Below, one piece after another: positions 1 to 18,558 of a stretch of DNA of 64,000 nt. The translations under genes were made by a program, and so were the position numbers. The DNA is from an uncultured Chloroflexia bacterium. Its GTDB lineage: Bacteria > Chloroflexota > Dehalococcoidia > DSTF01 > JALHUB01. The notes under the pieces were generated by a model, which did no database searches, was not told the origin of the DNA, and saw nothing but the letters and a program-made list of their open reading frames with translations. The DNA lies in NCBI GenBank assembly GCA_963703345.1, contig OY969814.1, positions 832,001 to 896,000 on the forward strand, in the 5' to 3' direction. Each line of letters begins with the position of its first letter. Position 1 is the first letter of the stretch.

Positions 1-68
1 CGGAGCTTGCCGGTGTCGAGGCGGTGAACGTCGACGTTGGCAACTGGCCGGGGTTCGAGCCGGACTAG
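1..68 (+). CDS. 3' end of an unidentified CDS entering the window (...ELAGVEAVNVDVGNWPGFEPD*)
   Basis: Open frame from base 3 with GC3-rich codons ending TAG at 66-68, followed by a terminator-like hairpin. Confidence 0.4.
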   Translation, partial: ELAGVEAVNVDVGNWPGFEPD

Positions 69-92
69 CGCCGTAACCCGAATAACGATGAA

Positions 93-120
93 AGGCGTCT
101 CCGCGACGCCTCTGTTTTTC
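93..120 (+). terminator. Intrinsic terminator candidate
   Basis: AGGCGTC-tccgc-GACGCCT stem followed by ctgtttttc. Confidence 0.6.
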
Positions 121-161
121 TTGTCCCTTTCGTCTTCACCTTCTTGTGGTTGTTTGCAATT

Positions 162-228
162 CTGCGGGTTGAAACCCGCAGCCTTCCCCCCGGTCCCTTC
201 CCCGCAGGCTGAGGGATTCATCCCTCAG
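162..228. repeat. Pair of related 20-bp palindromes (REP-like)
   Basis: CTGCGGGTT-GA-AACCCGCAG (162-181) and CTGAGGGAT-TC-ATCCCTCAG (209-228), sharing CTGnGGGnT-NN-AnCCCnCAG with compensatory changes. Confidence 0.45.
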
Positions 229-259
229 ATCGTATTTCCCTTCCTGCGCAAGCTTCGGC

Positions 260-1486
260 CTATTCGGCGACGTCCAGGGCGAAAGCCTTGTGCAGCGCTT
301 TCACGGCGTCCTTCACCCGCGCCTCTTCGATGATGCAGGTGATGCGGATCTCGCTCGTCGAGATCATTTCGATGTTGATGCCCTCGTCGGAAAGAGTGCG
401 GAACATGCGCGACGCGTAGCCGGGCGCGCTGGTCATTCCCGTCCCGACGATGCTCACCTTCCCAAGCCTCTCGTCGCTCACCACCTCGCGGGCGCCTATC
501 GCCTTCGCCGCCGCCTCGATGACCGAGAGGGCACGCTTGAGGTCGGTACGCGAGACGGTGAAGGTGAGGTCGGTCAGCTTCTCCTCGCTGGCGTTCTGGA
601 CGATGGTGTCGACGGAGACGTGGGCGTCGGTCAGGGGCTCGAAGACCTTCGCCGCTATGCCGGGCTGATCGGGGACGTGCCGGACCGTCACCTTCGCCAC
701 GTCGAGGTCGTGGGCAATGCCGCGCACTTTCTTGAACTGCTCCATCGAGACGCCTCCGTGAATCAGGGTGCCGCTCGCCTCCTTAAAGCTGGAGGCGACG
801 AGTATCGGGATGTTGTAGACGCCGCCGACTTCGACGGCGCGGGAATGCATGACCTTGGCGCCCACGCTGGCAAGCTCCAACATCTCCTCGTAGCTGATCT
901 CGTGGAGCTTGCGTGCCTCGGGGACGATGCGCGGGTCGGCGGTGTAGACGCCCTCGACGTCGGTGTATATCTCGCAGGCGTCGGCGCCGAGGGCGGCGGC
1001 GAGAGCGACGGCGGTGGTGTCGGAGCCGCCGCGTCCGAGGGTCGTGATGTCGCCGTCGGCGTCCTGCGTCAGCCCCTGGAAGCCGGCGACGATGACGATG
1101 CGCCCTTCGTCGAGCTCGCGGTGCACGCGCTTGGGATCGATTGCCAGGATGCGCGCCTTGCGATGGACCGTATCGGTGCGAATGCCGGCCTGGCCGCCGC
1201 TGAGACTGATGGCGTCCTGGCCCATGGCGTGCAGGGCCATCACCATCAGCGTACTGGAGACCGTCTCGCCGGTGGACATGAGGACGTCCATCTCACGGTC
1301 CTCCGGCGTCTCGTTTAGCTGATACGCCAGGTCTATGAGCTGGTCGGTCGTCTTGCCCATGGCGGAGACGACGACGACCATCTCGTTGCCCTGTGCCTCG
1401 CGGGCAGCGACGCGACCGGCAACGTTCTTGATCTTCTCGGCGTCGGCGAGGGAGCTGCCGCCGTACTTCTGAACGATGATTCCCAT
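260..1486 (-). CDS. lysC: Aspartate kinase (alpha subunit; internal beta-subunit start likely)
   Basis: VQKYGGSS, TTLGRGGSDTTA, YTDVEGVYTADPR; two C-terminal ACT domains (ISTSEIRI). Confidence 0.95.
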   Translation of the reverse strand: MGIIVQKYGGSSLADAEKIKNVAGRVAAREAQGNEMVVVVSAMGKTTDQLIDLAYQLNETPEDREMDVLMSTGETVSSTLMVMALHAMGQDAISLSGGQAGIRTDTVHRKARILAIDPKRVHRELDEGRIVIVAGFQGLTQDADGDITTLGRGGSDTTAVALAAALGADACEIYTDVEGVYTADPRIVPEARKLHEISYEEMLELASVGAKVMHSRAVEVGGVYNIPILVASSFKEASGTLIHGGVSMEQFKKVRGIAHDLDVAKVTVRHVPDQPGIAAKVFEPLTDAHVSVDTIVQNASEEKLTDLTFTVSRTDLKRALSVIEAAAKAIGAREVVSDERLGKVSIVGTGMTSAPGYASRMFRTLSDEGINIEMISTSEIRITCIIEEARVKDAVKALHKAFALDVAE

Positions 1487-1492
1487 GCTAGC

Positions 1493-2383
1493 CTATTCCG
1501 TCGTTAGGACCTGCGCGCCTCTCGCGCTGGGCGCGGTAATTATCGTCTCGCCCGGGCAGTTTGCCGAGAGGGCGGCGCGGAGCATCGCCTGGGCAATAGC
1601 TTTCTCATTGTGCTGCGTCCAGGCGGCAATCGTCGAGCCGCCGCCGGAGAGGTAGGAGCAGAGGGCGCCGGCTTCGCAGGCGGCGGCCATTATCGCATCC
1701 ATCGCTGGCAGGAGCTGGGAGCGCGCCGGCTGGTGGAGGCGGTCTTCGCAGGCGGTCGCCAGCAAGTCCAGACGTCCGGAGGCGAGCGCCGCGACAAGCA
1801 GTGACGCGCGGCCGACGTTGTGAATGGCATCCTCCCGCGACACCTCTGCCTCCAGAAGGCGACGGCTCTCGGACGTCGGCATCGCCTGCTCCGGCACCAG
1901 CAGCACGACCCTCATGTTGTCGGGTACCGGCACGGGCGCATGGACGACGCGTCCCTTCTTCCACACGGCGACTTGCAGGCCGCCGAGAAGCGCCGGCGTG
2001 ACGTTGTCGGCGTGGCCTTCGAGGGCGGCGCCCAAAGGGAGCAGCTCCTCGATGCTGAGGGGACTGCCCGCTAGGGCGTTGGCGCCCAGAAGGGCGGCCG
2101 CGCGAACAGCAGCGCTCGCTCCGAGTCCTCTGGCCAGCGGGAAACCGTTGCGCCAGTCGAAGGACAGCCCCTTTGGCCGCTTCGCACCGCTCGCTTCGAA
2201 GAAGGCGTCGGCGGCGGCCAGGGCCATCCGCGGCAGCCGCTCGTCCGGCGCCTCGACCGCTTCGTCATGCGCCTGGAGTGTCGCTGCCGACCACAGGTCG
2301 AGGGCGAGGCCGAGGCAGTCGAAGCCGGGCCCGAGGTTGGCCGACGTGGCCGGCAGGCGAAGGAGCACTTTTGAAGAAGGCAA
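1493..2383 (-). CDS. thrB: Homoserine kinase
   Basis: PATSANLGPGFD, GHMP motif PLARGLGASAA, EGHADN, LHQPAR, LSGGG. Confidence 0.93.
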   Translation of the reverse strand: MPSSKVLLRLPATSANLGPGFDCLGLALDLWSAATLQAHDEAVEAPDERLPRMALAAADAFFEASGAKRPKGLSFDWRNGFPLARGLGASAAVRAAALLGANALAGSPLSIEELLPLGAALEGHADNVTPALLGGLQVAVWKKGRVVHAPVPVPDNMRVVLLVPEQAMPTSESRRLLEAEVSREDAIHNVGRASLLVAALASGRLDLLATACEDRLHQPARSQLLPAMDAIMAAACEAGALCSYLSGGGSTIAAWTQHNEKAIAQAMLRAALSANCPGETIITAPSARGAQVLTTE

Positions 2384-2579
2384 GTCGCGGCACCCAGGGC
2401 GATACTAGTCTGACGATCCTATCATTCGGGCTCAGATGGCACAACGCGCGCGCCCCCGCTAGCGGCGGCCGAGGCCTTTCATCGATCGGCGTGACAACTG
2501 GCCGCGCGTTTGGTAGTCTACAGCTAGAAGGGTCGGCATGTCGCCGCCCGGGCCAATTCGCGGCTCAGGGAAGACGCTG

Positions 2580-3335
2580 ATGTCTTTGTTCTCGTCCCCA
2601 CGAATCGCCGTCATTGAGCTCTACGGCATGCTCGGCCAGCCCACGCGCACCGCCGAGCAGATACGCCTCCTCCAATCGCTGCGGGAGAATGACAGCGTCC
2701 GCGCCGTCGTCATCGACATCGATTCCGGCGGCGGCACGGTGGCTGCCTCCGACTACCTCCATCGCTCGGTCAAGAAGCTGGTGGAGAAGAAGCCCGTCAT
2801 CGCTTTCGTGCGCGGCACCGCGGCCTCCGGCGGCTACATGGTCGGCTGCGCTTCCAGCAAGATCGTCGCGCTGCCGACGGCGATAGTCGGCTCCATCGGC
2901 GTCATCTCCATACGCCCCATCGTGTACGATATGCTCGACAAGCTCGGCGTGCGCATGACGGTGACGAAGTCGGGGCGCTTGAAGGACATGTGGTCGCCGT
3001 TCCGCGAGCCGACGAAGGAAGAGCGGGAGCGGGAGCAGGCGCTGCTGGACGAGTTCTACGAGCAGTTTATCCGCGTCGTCGCCGACGGACGCAGACTGCC
3101 GGCGGAGCAGGTCCGTTCGCTGGCGACCGGCGAGGTCTTCACCGCCGTCAAGGGCAAGGAGATGGGCCTGGTCGACGAGCTGGGCGACCTGGATTCGGCA
3201 ATCGACCTGGCGGCCGAGCTGAGCAAAGCGCCGCGCCGCGTCCGCTACGTGCGACCGCGTCGGGGCCTGCGCTCTCTCCTGATGTCCCGGCTGGCGTCGG
3301 CAATGGTCGAAGAGGTGAGCGTCAAGCTTGAGTAG
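2580..3335 (+). CDS. sppA: Signal peptide peptidase SppA (S49), short form; start placed at ATG 2580
   Basis: IDSGGG, AASGGY, IVGSIGV, KSGRLKD, GEVFT...GLVDELG. Confidence 0.88.
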   Translation: MSLFSSPRIAVIELYGMLGQPTRTAEQIRLLQSLRENDSVRAVVIDIDSGGGTVAASDYLHRSVKKLVEKKPVIAFVRGTAASGGYMVGCASSKIVALPTAIVGSIGVISIRPIVYDMLDKLGVRMTVTKSGRLKDMWSPFREPTKEEREREQALLDEFYEQFIRVVADGRRLPAEQVRSLATGEVFTAVKGKEMGLVDELGDLDSAIDLAAELSKAPRRVRYVRPRRGLRSLLMSRLASAMVEEVSVKLE

Positions 3336-3508
3336 GTCCTCCGGCAGCGCATTGAATACCGCAGGCCTCACTAGCGCCTTTCAGACATCACAGTTTTCGG
3401 CCTGTAACACTTTTCTAATCATTCTGGGGCCAACATTTAAGGATTGGCGCCTGAATATATTAGATAGGCAGATCGTACAAGTCGCCTACCACAGAAGGAG
3501 GCCATAGA

Positions 3509-4669
<1,161 letters not shown>

Positions 4670-4697
4670 CTGGGGAACAGTCTCCCCGTCTTCGGTG

Positions 4698-4731
4698 CGA
4701 TGAAGCGACGGCCCGCCCCGTCGCTTCATCG
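4698..4731. terminator. Perfect 14-bp stem-loop between convergent htrA and cobO
   Basis: CGATGAAGCGACGG-cccgcc-CCGTCGCTTCATCG. Confidence 0.6.
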
Positions 4732-4848
4732 TGTCTCGTCCCTGGAGAAGCGACCGCCTCTCTCCGAAAACATCGGTGAAGCATGCTCCTGTGAGGGTGA
4801 TTTCGGTGACCAGGGGTCCGGCACAGTCTGAAAGCCGCCTGAGTTCGC

Positions 4849-5388
4849 CTAATAGTCGATCCCCGCGACCGCGCCGGCGCCCTGCTGGAAGGGGTGCTTT
4901 ACCTGCTGCATCTCCGTCACCAGGTCGGCGAAAGCAATCAGGCGCTCCGGCGCTTTTCTGCCCGTTATGACGACGTGGACGCCCTCGGGCCGCCGCCGCA
5001 GTACGTCGACCACCTCGTCGACCGATAGCCAGCCCAGCGCAATGGGGTAGGTCAGCTCGTCGAGCGCGACCACGTCGTAGGAGCCGGAGGCGATCTTCTC
5101 CCGCGCCTGTCGCCAGCCGTCCAGGGCCATAGCCCGGTCCTTTTCGATGTCGTCGGACAGCCAGGTGAAGCCCCGTCCGACGGCGCAGATCTCGATGCCC
5201 AGCTTTTGGGCGGCGCGCTGCTCGCCGTAGTCGCCGTCCGCCGCCTTGATGAACGAGAGCATGACGACGCGCAGCCCTCTTCCCCAGGCGCGCAGCAGGA
5301 CTCCGAGGGCGGCCGTCGTCTTCCCCTTGCCGTCGCCGGTAAAGACGAGGACGAGGGAGCTCTTGCCGGACTCTGTCGATGCGTTCAT
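4849..5388 (-). CDS. cobO: Cob(I)alamin adenosyltransferase (CobO/BtuR/CobA family)
   Basis: TGDGKGKTTAALG, GFTW, YDVVALDEL, VVITGR, ADLVTEM..VKHPF..G. Confidence 0.93.
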   Translation of the reverse strand: MNASTESGKSSLVLVFTGDGKGKTTAALGVLLRAWGRGLRVVMLSFIKAADGDYGEQRAAQKLGIEICAVGRGFTWLSDDIEKDRAMALDGWRQAREKIASGSYDVVALDELTYPIALGWLSVDEVVDVLRRRPEGVHVVITGRKAPERLIAFADLVTEMQQVKHPFQQGAGAVAGIDY

Positions 5389-5504
5389 GCGGTCCTTTTA
5401 CAGACGTTGCTTGATTCTAGCAGGCGCGCGGCCCGGCGGCGAGATGGGGCGGAAAATTGGGGTTGGGGATTGCGGTATCGGGGGGAAAACTGTATATTTA
5501 ACGG

Positions 5505-5534
5505 TTGACTCGGCGCTTCCAACTCTGATATACT
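5505..5534 (+). promoter_or_regulatory. Sigma70-type promoter of rpoBC
   Basis: TTGACT-18 nt-TATACT with TG extension (TGaTATACT). Confidence 0.65.
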
Positions 5535-5662
5535 GACTCTGGTTGCGAATAGACAGAAGAACCCCCTTTGTCGTCTTTTTCCCCAGAAAAAGGACTGATG
5601 ACAGCTTCCGCCCGTTAACCACAAGAGACTGCGGACTTAAAGGCTCTTGAGGAGAGACTAGT

Positions 5663-13895
<8,233 letters not shown>

Positions 13896-13915
13896 CCGGC
13901 GAATTCATTTCAATA

Positions 13916-13950
13916 AGAAAGAGCCCCGGAAATCCGGGGCTTCTTCTTGT
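13916..13950 (+). terminator. Intrinsic (possibly bidirectional) terminator after rpoC
   Basis: A-rich, GCCCCGGA-aa-TCCGGGGC, then ttcttcttgt. Confidence 0.8.
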
Positions 13951-13971
13951 CATCGGTCCCTCGGGCTTCTC

Positions 13972-13994
13972 GGCGGGCAGGATGCCCGCCCTAC
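13972..13994 (-). repeat. GTAG-type REP element; its TAG is the stop of the radical SAM gene
   Basis: Minus strand reads GTAG-GGCGGGCA-tcc-TGCCCGCC. Confidence 0.55.
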
Positions 13995-15838
13995 GCGGTC
14001 GTGACGCCTCTTGTCTCCGCCAGCCGGGCCGCGCACGCCTCCGAGTACGCCTGCAGGCCGCAGACGTTGCAGCCCCCCAGGCGGCAATCGGGCGTAGGAT
14101 CGCCGTTCAACGCCCTGCGCCACTCTCCCCGCAGGAACGCCTCGCTGACGCCGCTGTCGAGATGTGACCAAGGCAGCACTTCGAACTCGTCGCGCGACCG
14201 CTGGGCGTAGAACTCGGCTGACAGCCCCGATTCCGCCAGCGCCGACCGCCAGGCGGCCACGTCGAGCAGCTCGTTCCAGGCGTCGAAGCGGGCGCCGCGC
14301 CGCCAGGCGCTCTCGATGACTTGAGTAAGCCGCCGGTCGCCCCGTGACAGCATCGCCTCGATCAGGCTTTGGTGCGGATCGTTCCAGGAGAAAGCAACGC
14401 CGAGCCGCTTGAGACCGCGTCGCAGAAGGCCGTGGCGGGCTTCGATCTCTTCGGCGGCCATCTGCGGCGCCCACTGGAAGGGCGTGTGCGGCTTGGGGAC
14501 AAAGATGGACGTGCTTACCTTTACTTGCGCTCGTCCGCCGTGCCACCGACGGCCCGCCTCCCGCACCGCCGCCGCCAGCTCGACGATGCCCTGCACGTCT
14601 TCCAGCGTCTCCGTCGGCAGACCGACCATGAAGTACAGCTTCACATTCGTCCAGCCGTGCTCGAACGCCGTCTCCACCGCCTGCAGGAGGTCGGCGTCCG
14701 TTGTCGGCTTGTTGATGACGTTTCGAAGCCGCTGGCTGCCGGCTTCCGGCGCGAAGGTGATGTTGCGGCGGCCCGGTCCCGAGGCGGACGCCGCCAGACG
14801 CACCGAAAAGCTGTCGACGCGCAGGCTGGGCAGGGCGATGGCGAGCCGCTCGCCGAACTCCCGACGCAGCGCCTCCACCATCGGGCCGATCTCCGAGTGA
14901 TCGGCGGTACTGAGGGACAGCAGCCCGAGCTCGTCATAGCCGGTGGCGGCCAGGATTGCCCGCGCGGCGTCCAGCACCTCGTCGCAGGAGCGCTCGCGAC
15001 GCGGCCGATAGATGACGCCAGCCTGGCAGAAGCGACAGCCGCGAACGCAGCCGCGCTGGATCTCCACGGCGGCGCGGTCGTGCACCGTCTGCACGAAGGG
15101 GACGATCGGTCGCGGCGGCGGCGGCGAGAGTCGCGCCAAGAAGCGGCGTCTCACCTTCGCCGGCGCGCCTTCCCGCGGGCGAATCGCTTTCACCGTGCCG
15201 TCGCTGTTGTAGGCGACGTCGTAGAGGCCGGGGACGTAGACGCCCGGAATCTGCGAGAGCTTTCGGAGGAGGTCTGCTCGCTGCCGGTTTGGCGACGCCT
15301 TCTCCTGCCGCAGCACGTCGGCGATCTCGAGCACCGCTTCTTCGCCTTCGCCGAGCACGAAGGCGTCGATGAAGGCGGACAGCGGCTCCGGATTGAGCGC
15401 GGCCGTTCCGCCGGCGAGCACCAGCGGATGGCCTGACGTTCGGTCGGCGCTGCGCAGCGGCACGCCGGCGAGGTCGAGCATGTTGAGGACGTTGGTGTAG
15501 GTGAGCTCGTAGCCGAGCGAGAAGCCGATGGCGTCGAACTCGGCCAGGGGATGACGCGTTTCCAGGCTGAAGAGCGGAAGGCCCCGCGCCCGAAGCTCCT
15601 TCTCCATGTCCGGCCAGGGCGCGTAGACGCGCTCCGCCAGCACGTCCGGCAGGCCGTTCAGGACGTCGTAGAGGATAGCGATGCCAAGGTTGGACATGCC
15701 GACCTCATAGGCATCGGGGTAGGCGAGGGCTAGACGCAGGGGAGTAGCGTCCCAGTCCTTGACCACGGCGTTCCACTCGCCTCCGGAGTAGCGAGCGGGC
15801 CGGCTGACGTTCTTGAGGATGGAGTCGAAGTCCAGCAT
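13991..15838 (-). CDS. Radical SAM protein, TIGR03960-like family
   Basis: PARYSGGEWN, YPDAYEVGMSNLG, RGCVRGCRFCQAG, FAPEAGSQRLR, FVPKPHTPFQW, C-terminal CxxxxCxxC. Confidence 0.9.
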   Translation of the reverse strand: MLDFDSILKNVSRPARYSGGEWNAVVKDWDATPLRLALAYPDAYEVGMSNLGIAILYDVLNGLPDVLAERVYAPWPDMEKELRARGLPLFSLETRHPLAEFDAIGFSLGYELTYTNVLNMLDLAGVPLRSADRTSGHPLVLAGGTAALNPEPLSAFIDAFVLGEGEEAVLEIADVLRQEKASPNRQRADLLRKLSQIPGVYVPGLYDVAYNSDGTVKAIRPREGAPAKVRRRFLARLSPPPPRPIVPFVQTVHDRAAVEIQRGCVRGCRFCQAGVIYRPRRERSCDEVLDAARAILAATGYDELGLLSLSTADHSEIGPMVEALRREFGERLAIALPSLRVDSFSVRLAASASGPGRRNITFAPEAGSQRLRNVINKPTTDADLLQAVETAFEHGWTNVKLYFMVGLPTETLEDVQGIVELAAAVREAGRRWHGGRAQVKVSTSIFVPKPHTPFQWAPQMAAEEIEARHGLLRRGLKRLGVAFSWNDPHQSLIEAMLSRGDRRLTQVIESAWRRGARFDAWNELLDVAAWRSALAESGLSAEFYAQRSRDEFEVLPWSHLDSGVSEAFLRGEWRRALNGDPTPDCRLGGCNVCGLQAYSEACAARLAETRGVTTA

Positions 15839-16126
15839 AGGGGCCTTTCGGCGATTGCGAGGCTATGGAGATCATACCTGAAGCGTCGTCGCGCCCGCAA
15901 TTTCGATTCGCGCCGGGGCCCCTCTGCCCGCAGGAATAGGGGAAATCCTTGCTTTACGGGGCGCTGCTGCGCCTGCTATTATTTATGCTATGGAAAGTTA
16001 TATTTCATAGGCCGGGTTCGATGTTGTTCGCCCCAGGCTACGTCGCCTTCCCTTGGGTCGGAAGGGTCTTTGCTTTCGTGAAGAGCGTGCTGAAGTGCGC
16101 TCTTTTCGTTTTCTCCTGGGAGGGGA

Positions 16127-17188
16127 GTGATCGATATGAAAGTGCTCTTATTCCGGGGAATGGGAGCTCTTCTCCTCGGCGGGGGCGGCTTCGGGCTTGG
16201 CCGTCTCGTGACCGCAGGAGAGAGCGGCCCGACAAAGCTGGCGATTTCGCTGGCGTTGCTCGCGTTGGGGGCGATTCTGGGGGCAGGCATATTCCCAATT
16301 ATCTTCCTTGTGCCGATGAGAAAAGCGCGACGTTACTGGAGACGCGTTTCCCTGCCGCAGGTCGGTCTGGCGACGCTGGGTCTGACTTCCGGTCTCATCG
16401 TGTCCGTGCTGCTGGTGCCCGCCTTTTCGCGCCTCCCTGATCCGGCCGACTGGATTGCGCCGCTCGTCACAGCGTTCATCGCCGGCGGCTGCGGTCTGCT
16501 CCTGTTTGCCGGTCGCGCCGACGAGCTCTCGGCGCTGCTTGGAAGCCGGCCGAAGAACGGCTGGAATGGCTACGGCGGCAAGAGCTGGAGCAAGGGGCAG
16601 CGGTTCCTGGTCAACACGAGCGCCGTCATTGACGGCCGTATCGCTGACGTCTCGGAGGCCGGCTTCATCCAGGGCACGCTCGTCTTGCCGCGCTTCGTCC
16701 TCGATGAGCTGCGCCACATCGCCGACTCCCCAGACGCTCTTCGACGCAACCGGGGCCGTCGCGGCCTCGACGTCCTCAATCGCCTTCAGAAGGAGTCGCC
16801 GGTACCGATAGAGATCACAGATAGGGACTTCGAAGACGTGTCGGAGGTCGATAGCAAGCTGGTGCGGATGGCTTCGCTCCTGGGCTGCCCGATCATTACC
16901 AACGATTTCAATCTGAACCGGGTGGCCGAGATCGAGGGTGTGTCCGTCTTGAACGTCAACCAGCTTGCCAACGCCGTCAAGTCCGTTGTCCTGCCCGGCG
17001 AAGAGATGGCGATTCGCGTAATCCAGGAAGGCAAGGAGGTGGGCCAGGGGGTCGGCTTTCTGGACGATGGGACGATGGTAGTGGTGGAAGGCGGACGCCG
17101 CCGTCTGAACGAGGAGATCGAGATCGTCGTCACGCGCGTGTTGCAGACCGTGGCGGGGAGGATGATCTTCGCTCAGCCGAAGGGGTAA
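16127..17188 (+). CDS. Membrane-anchored PIN + TRAM domain protein (YacL family)
   Basis: N-terminal TM helices, (N)TSAVIDGRI, RGRRGLDVL, TNDFNLNRVA, QGVGFLDDGTMVVVE; typical location upstream of ispDF. Confidence 0.9.
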   Translation: MIDMKVLLFRGMGALLLGGGGFGLGRLVTAGESGPTKLAISLALLALGAILGAGIFPIIFLVPMRKARRYWRRVSLPQVGLATLGLTSGLIVSVLLVPAFSRLPDPADWIAPLVTAFIAGGCGLLLFAGRADELSALLGSRPKNGWNGYGGKSWSKGQRFLVNTSAVIDGRIADVSEAGFIQGTLVLPRFVLDELRHIADSPDALRRNRGRRGLDVLNRLQKESPVPIEITDRDFEDVSEVDSKLVRMASLLGCPIITNDFNLNRVAEIEGVSVLNVNQLANAVKSVVLPGEEMAIRVIQEGKEVGQGVGFLDDGTMVVVEGGRRRLNEEIEIVVTRVLQTVAGRMIFAQPKG

Positions 17189-17197
17189 GATTTAAGC

Positions 17198-17908
17198 ATG
17201 TCGGACGAACCCGAAGTCGCGACCCCAGCGAAAAAGGGAGTCGGCGCCATAATTGTGGCGGCCGGCCGAAGCCTGCGCATGGGCAGCGACAAGATCTGGG
17301 TTTCCGTGGGCGGCAGGCCGCTGCTGGCCCATACCATCTCCATGTTCCAGTTCTGCTCGGCGGTCGACAAGATCGTGCTCGTGCTCTCCTCGGACCGGCA
17401 GAAGCTGGGGCTATCGCTCGTCAAGGGCGCTCACTTTGGCAAGGTCACGGAGATCTGCTTCGGCGGCGAGGAGCGACAGCAGTCGGTGCGCGCCGGACTT
17501 GAGGCTCTCGGCCCCTGTGAATGGGTGATCGTGCACGACGGAGCGCGCCCCCTGGTCACGGCGAAGCTAATCGAGCAAGGGCTGGCCGCCGCCCGCAAGA
17601 CTGGCGCGGCCGCCTGCGGCGTGCCCGTCCACGACACGCTCAAGCTCGTGAACGAGCAGGAGATCGTCGAGAAGAGCCTGGACCGCAACGGCCTCTGGCT
17701 AATCCAGACGCCGCAGGTCTTCCGCTACGACATACTGATGGAGGCGCATCGCAAGGCGGACGGCCGGTTCGCAGGTGACGACGCCGCGCTCGTAGAGCGG
17801 CTGGGCTACCAGGTCAAGATATTCATGGGCTCGCACCACAACATCAAGGTCACCACGCCTGAGGATCTCGTGCTGGCGCAGATGCTGTTGAGATGGCATC
17901 GGATGTAG
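17198..17908 (+). CDS. ispD: 2-C-methyl-D-erythritol 4-phosphate cytidylyltransferase
   Basis: AAGRSLRMG..K, GGEERQQSV, IVHDGARP, QTPQVF, NIKVTTPEDL. Confidence 0.95.
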   Translation: MSDEPEVATPAKKGVGAIIVAAGRSLRMGSDKIWVSVGGRPLLAHTISMFQFCSAVDKIVLVLSSDRQKLGLSLVKGAHFGKVTEICFGGEERQQSVRAGLEALGPCEWVIVHDGARPLVTAKLIEQGLAAARKTGAAACGVPVHDTLKLVNEQEIVEKSLDRNGLWLIQTPQVFRYDILMEAHRKADGRFAGDDAALVERLGYQVKIFMGSHHNIKVTTPEDLVLAQMLLRWHRM

Positions 17909-17909
17909 C

Positions 17910-18377
17910 ATGAGGGTCGGCATCGGCTACGACGTTCATCCATTCGACGAAGCGCGGCCGCTCATTCTGGGCGGCGTTCGAATCGAAGGATCGCCGGGCC
18001 TGAACGGCTACAGCGATGCGGACGTCCTCCTGCACGCCCTCATCGACGCGCTGCTGGGCGCCGCCGGCCTGGACGACATCGGCAGGCATTTTCCGCCGGG
18101 CGATCCGGCGTACAAAGACATCGATAGCCGGGAGCTGCTGCGGCGAACGCGGGAGCTGCTAACGAAGAGCGGCCACAGCGTCGGGAACATCGACGCGACG
18201 GTGATCGCCGAGGCGCCGCGGCTGGGGCCGCACATACCGTCGATGCGGAGGACAATCGCCGCCGTCCTGGAGATCGATGAATCGCGCGTGAACCTGAAGG
18301 CGACCACCCACGAAGGGTTGGGGGCGATAGGCCGGGGCGAAGGGATTGCCGCGATGGCTGTCGCCTTGATAGAGTAG
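17910..18377 (+). CDS. ispF: 2-C-methyl-D-erythritol 2,4-cyclodiphosphate synthase
   Basis: RVGIGYDVH, SDADVLLHA, GLDDIGRHFP, KATTHEGLG. Confidence 0.95.
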   Translation: MRVGIGYDVHPFDEARPLILGGVRIEGSPGLNGYSDADVLLHALIDALLGAAGLDDIGRHFPPGDPAYKDIDSRELLRRTRELLTKSGHSVGNIDATVIAEAPRLGPHIPSMRRTIAAVLEIDESRVNLKATTHEGLGAIGRGEGIAAMAVALIE

Positions 18378-18558
18378 AAGCAGTGGACGCTAATTCCTCA
18401 CAGAAAGCGGTCCGAAAGCCGGACCTGCCGCGCTGGCCCTCGCAGAAGGGCGGGAGATGCCGCTGCGTCTGTAGCAGCGGGCGATCGCGCTGAGCGACGC
18501 CCGAAACGGCACGGCTCGCACCCGCGGGCCTATCTTCTGAATCGAAATCGAGGGCAAG

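Noticed and set aside
3385-3430. ACA(g/c)TTTTC direct repeats upstream of htrA as a response-regulator box
   Set aside because: Short and irregularly spaced; cannot be supported without comparative data
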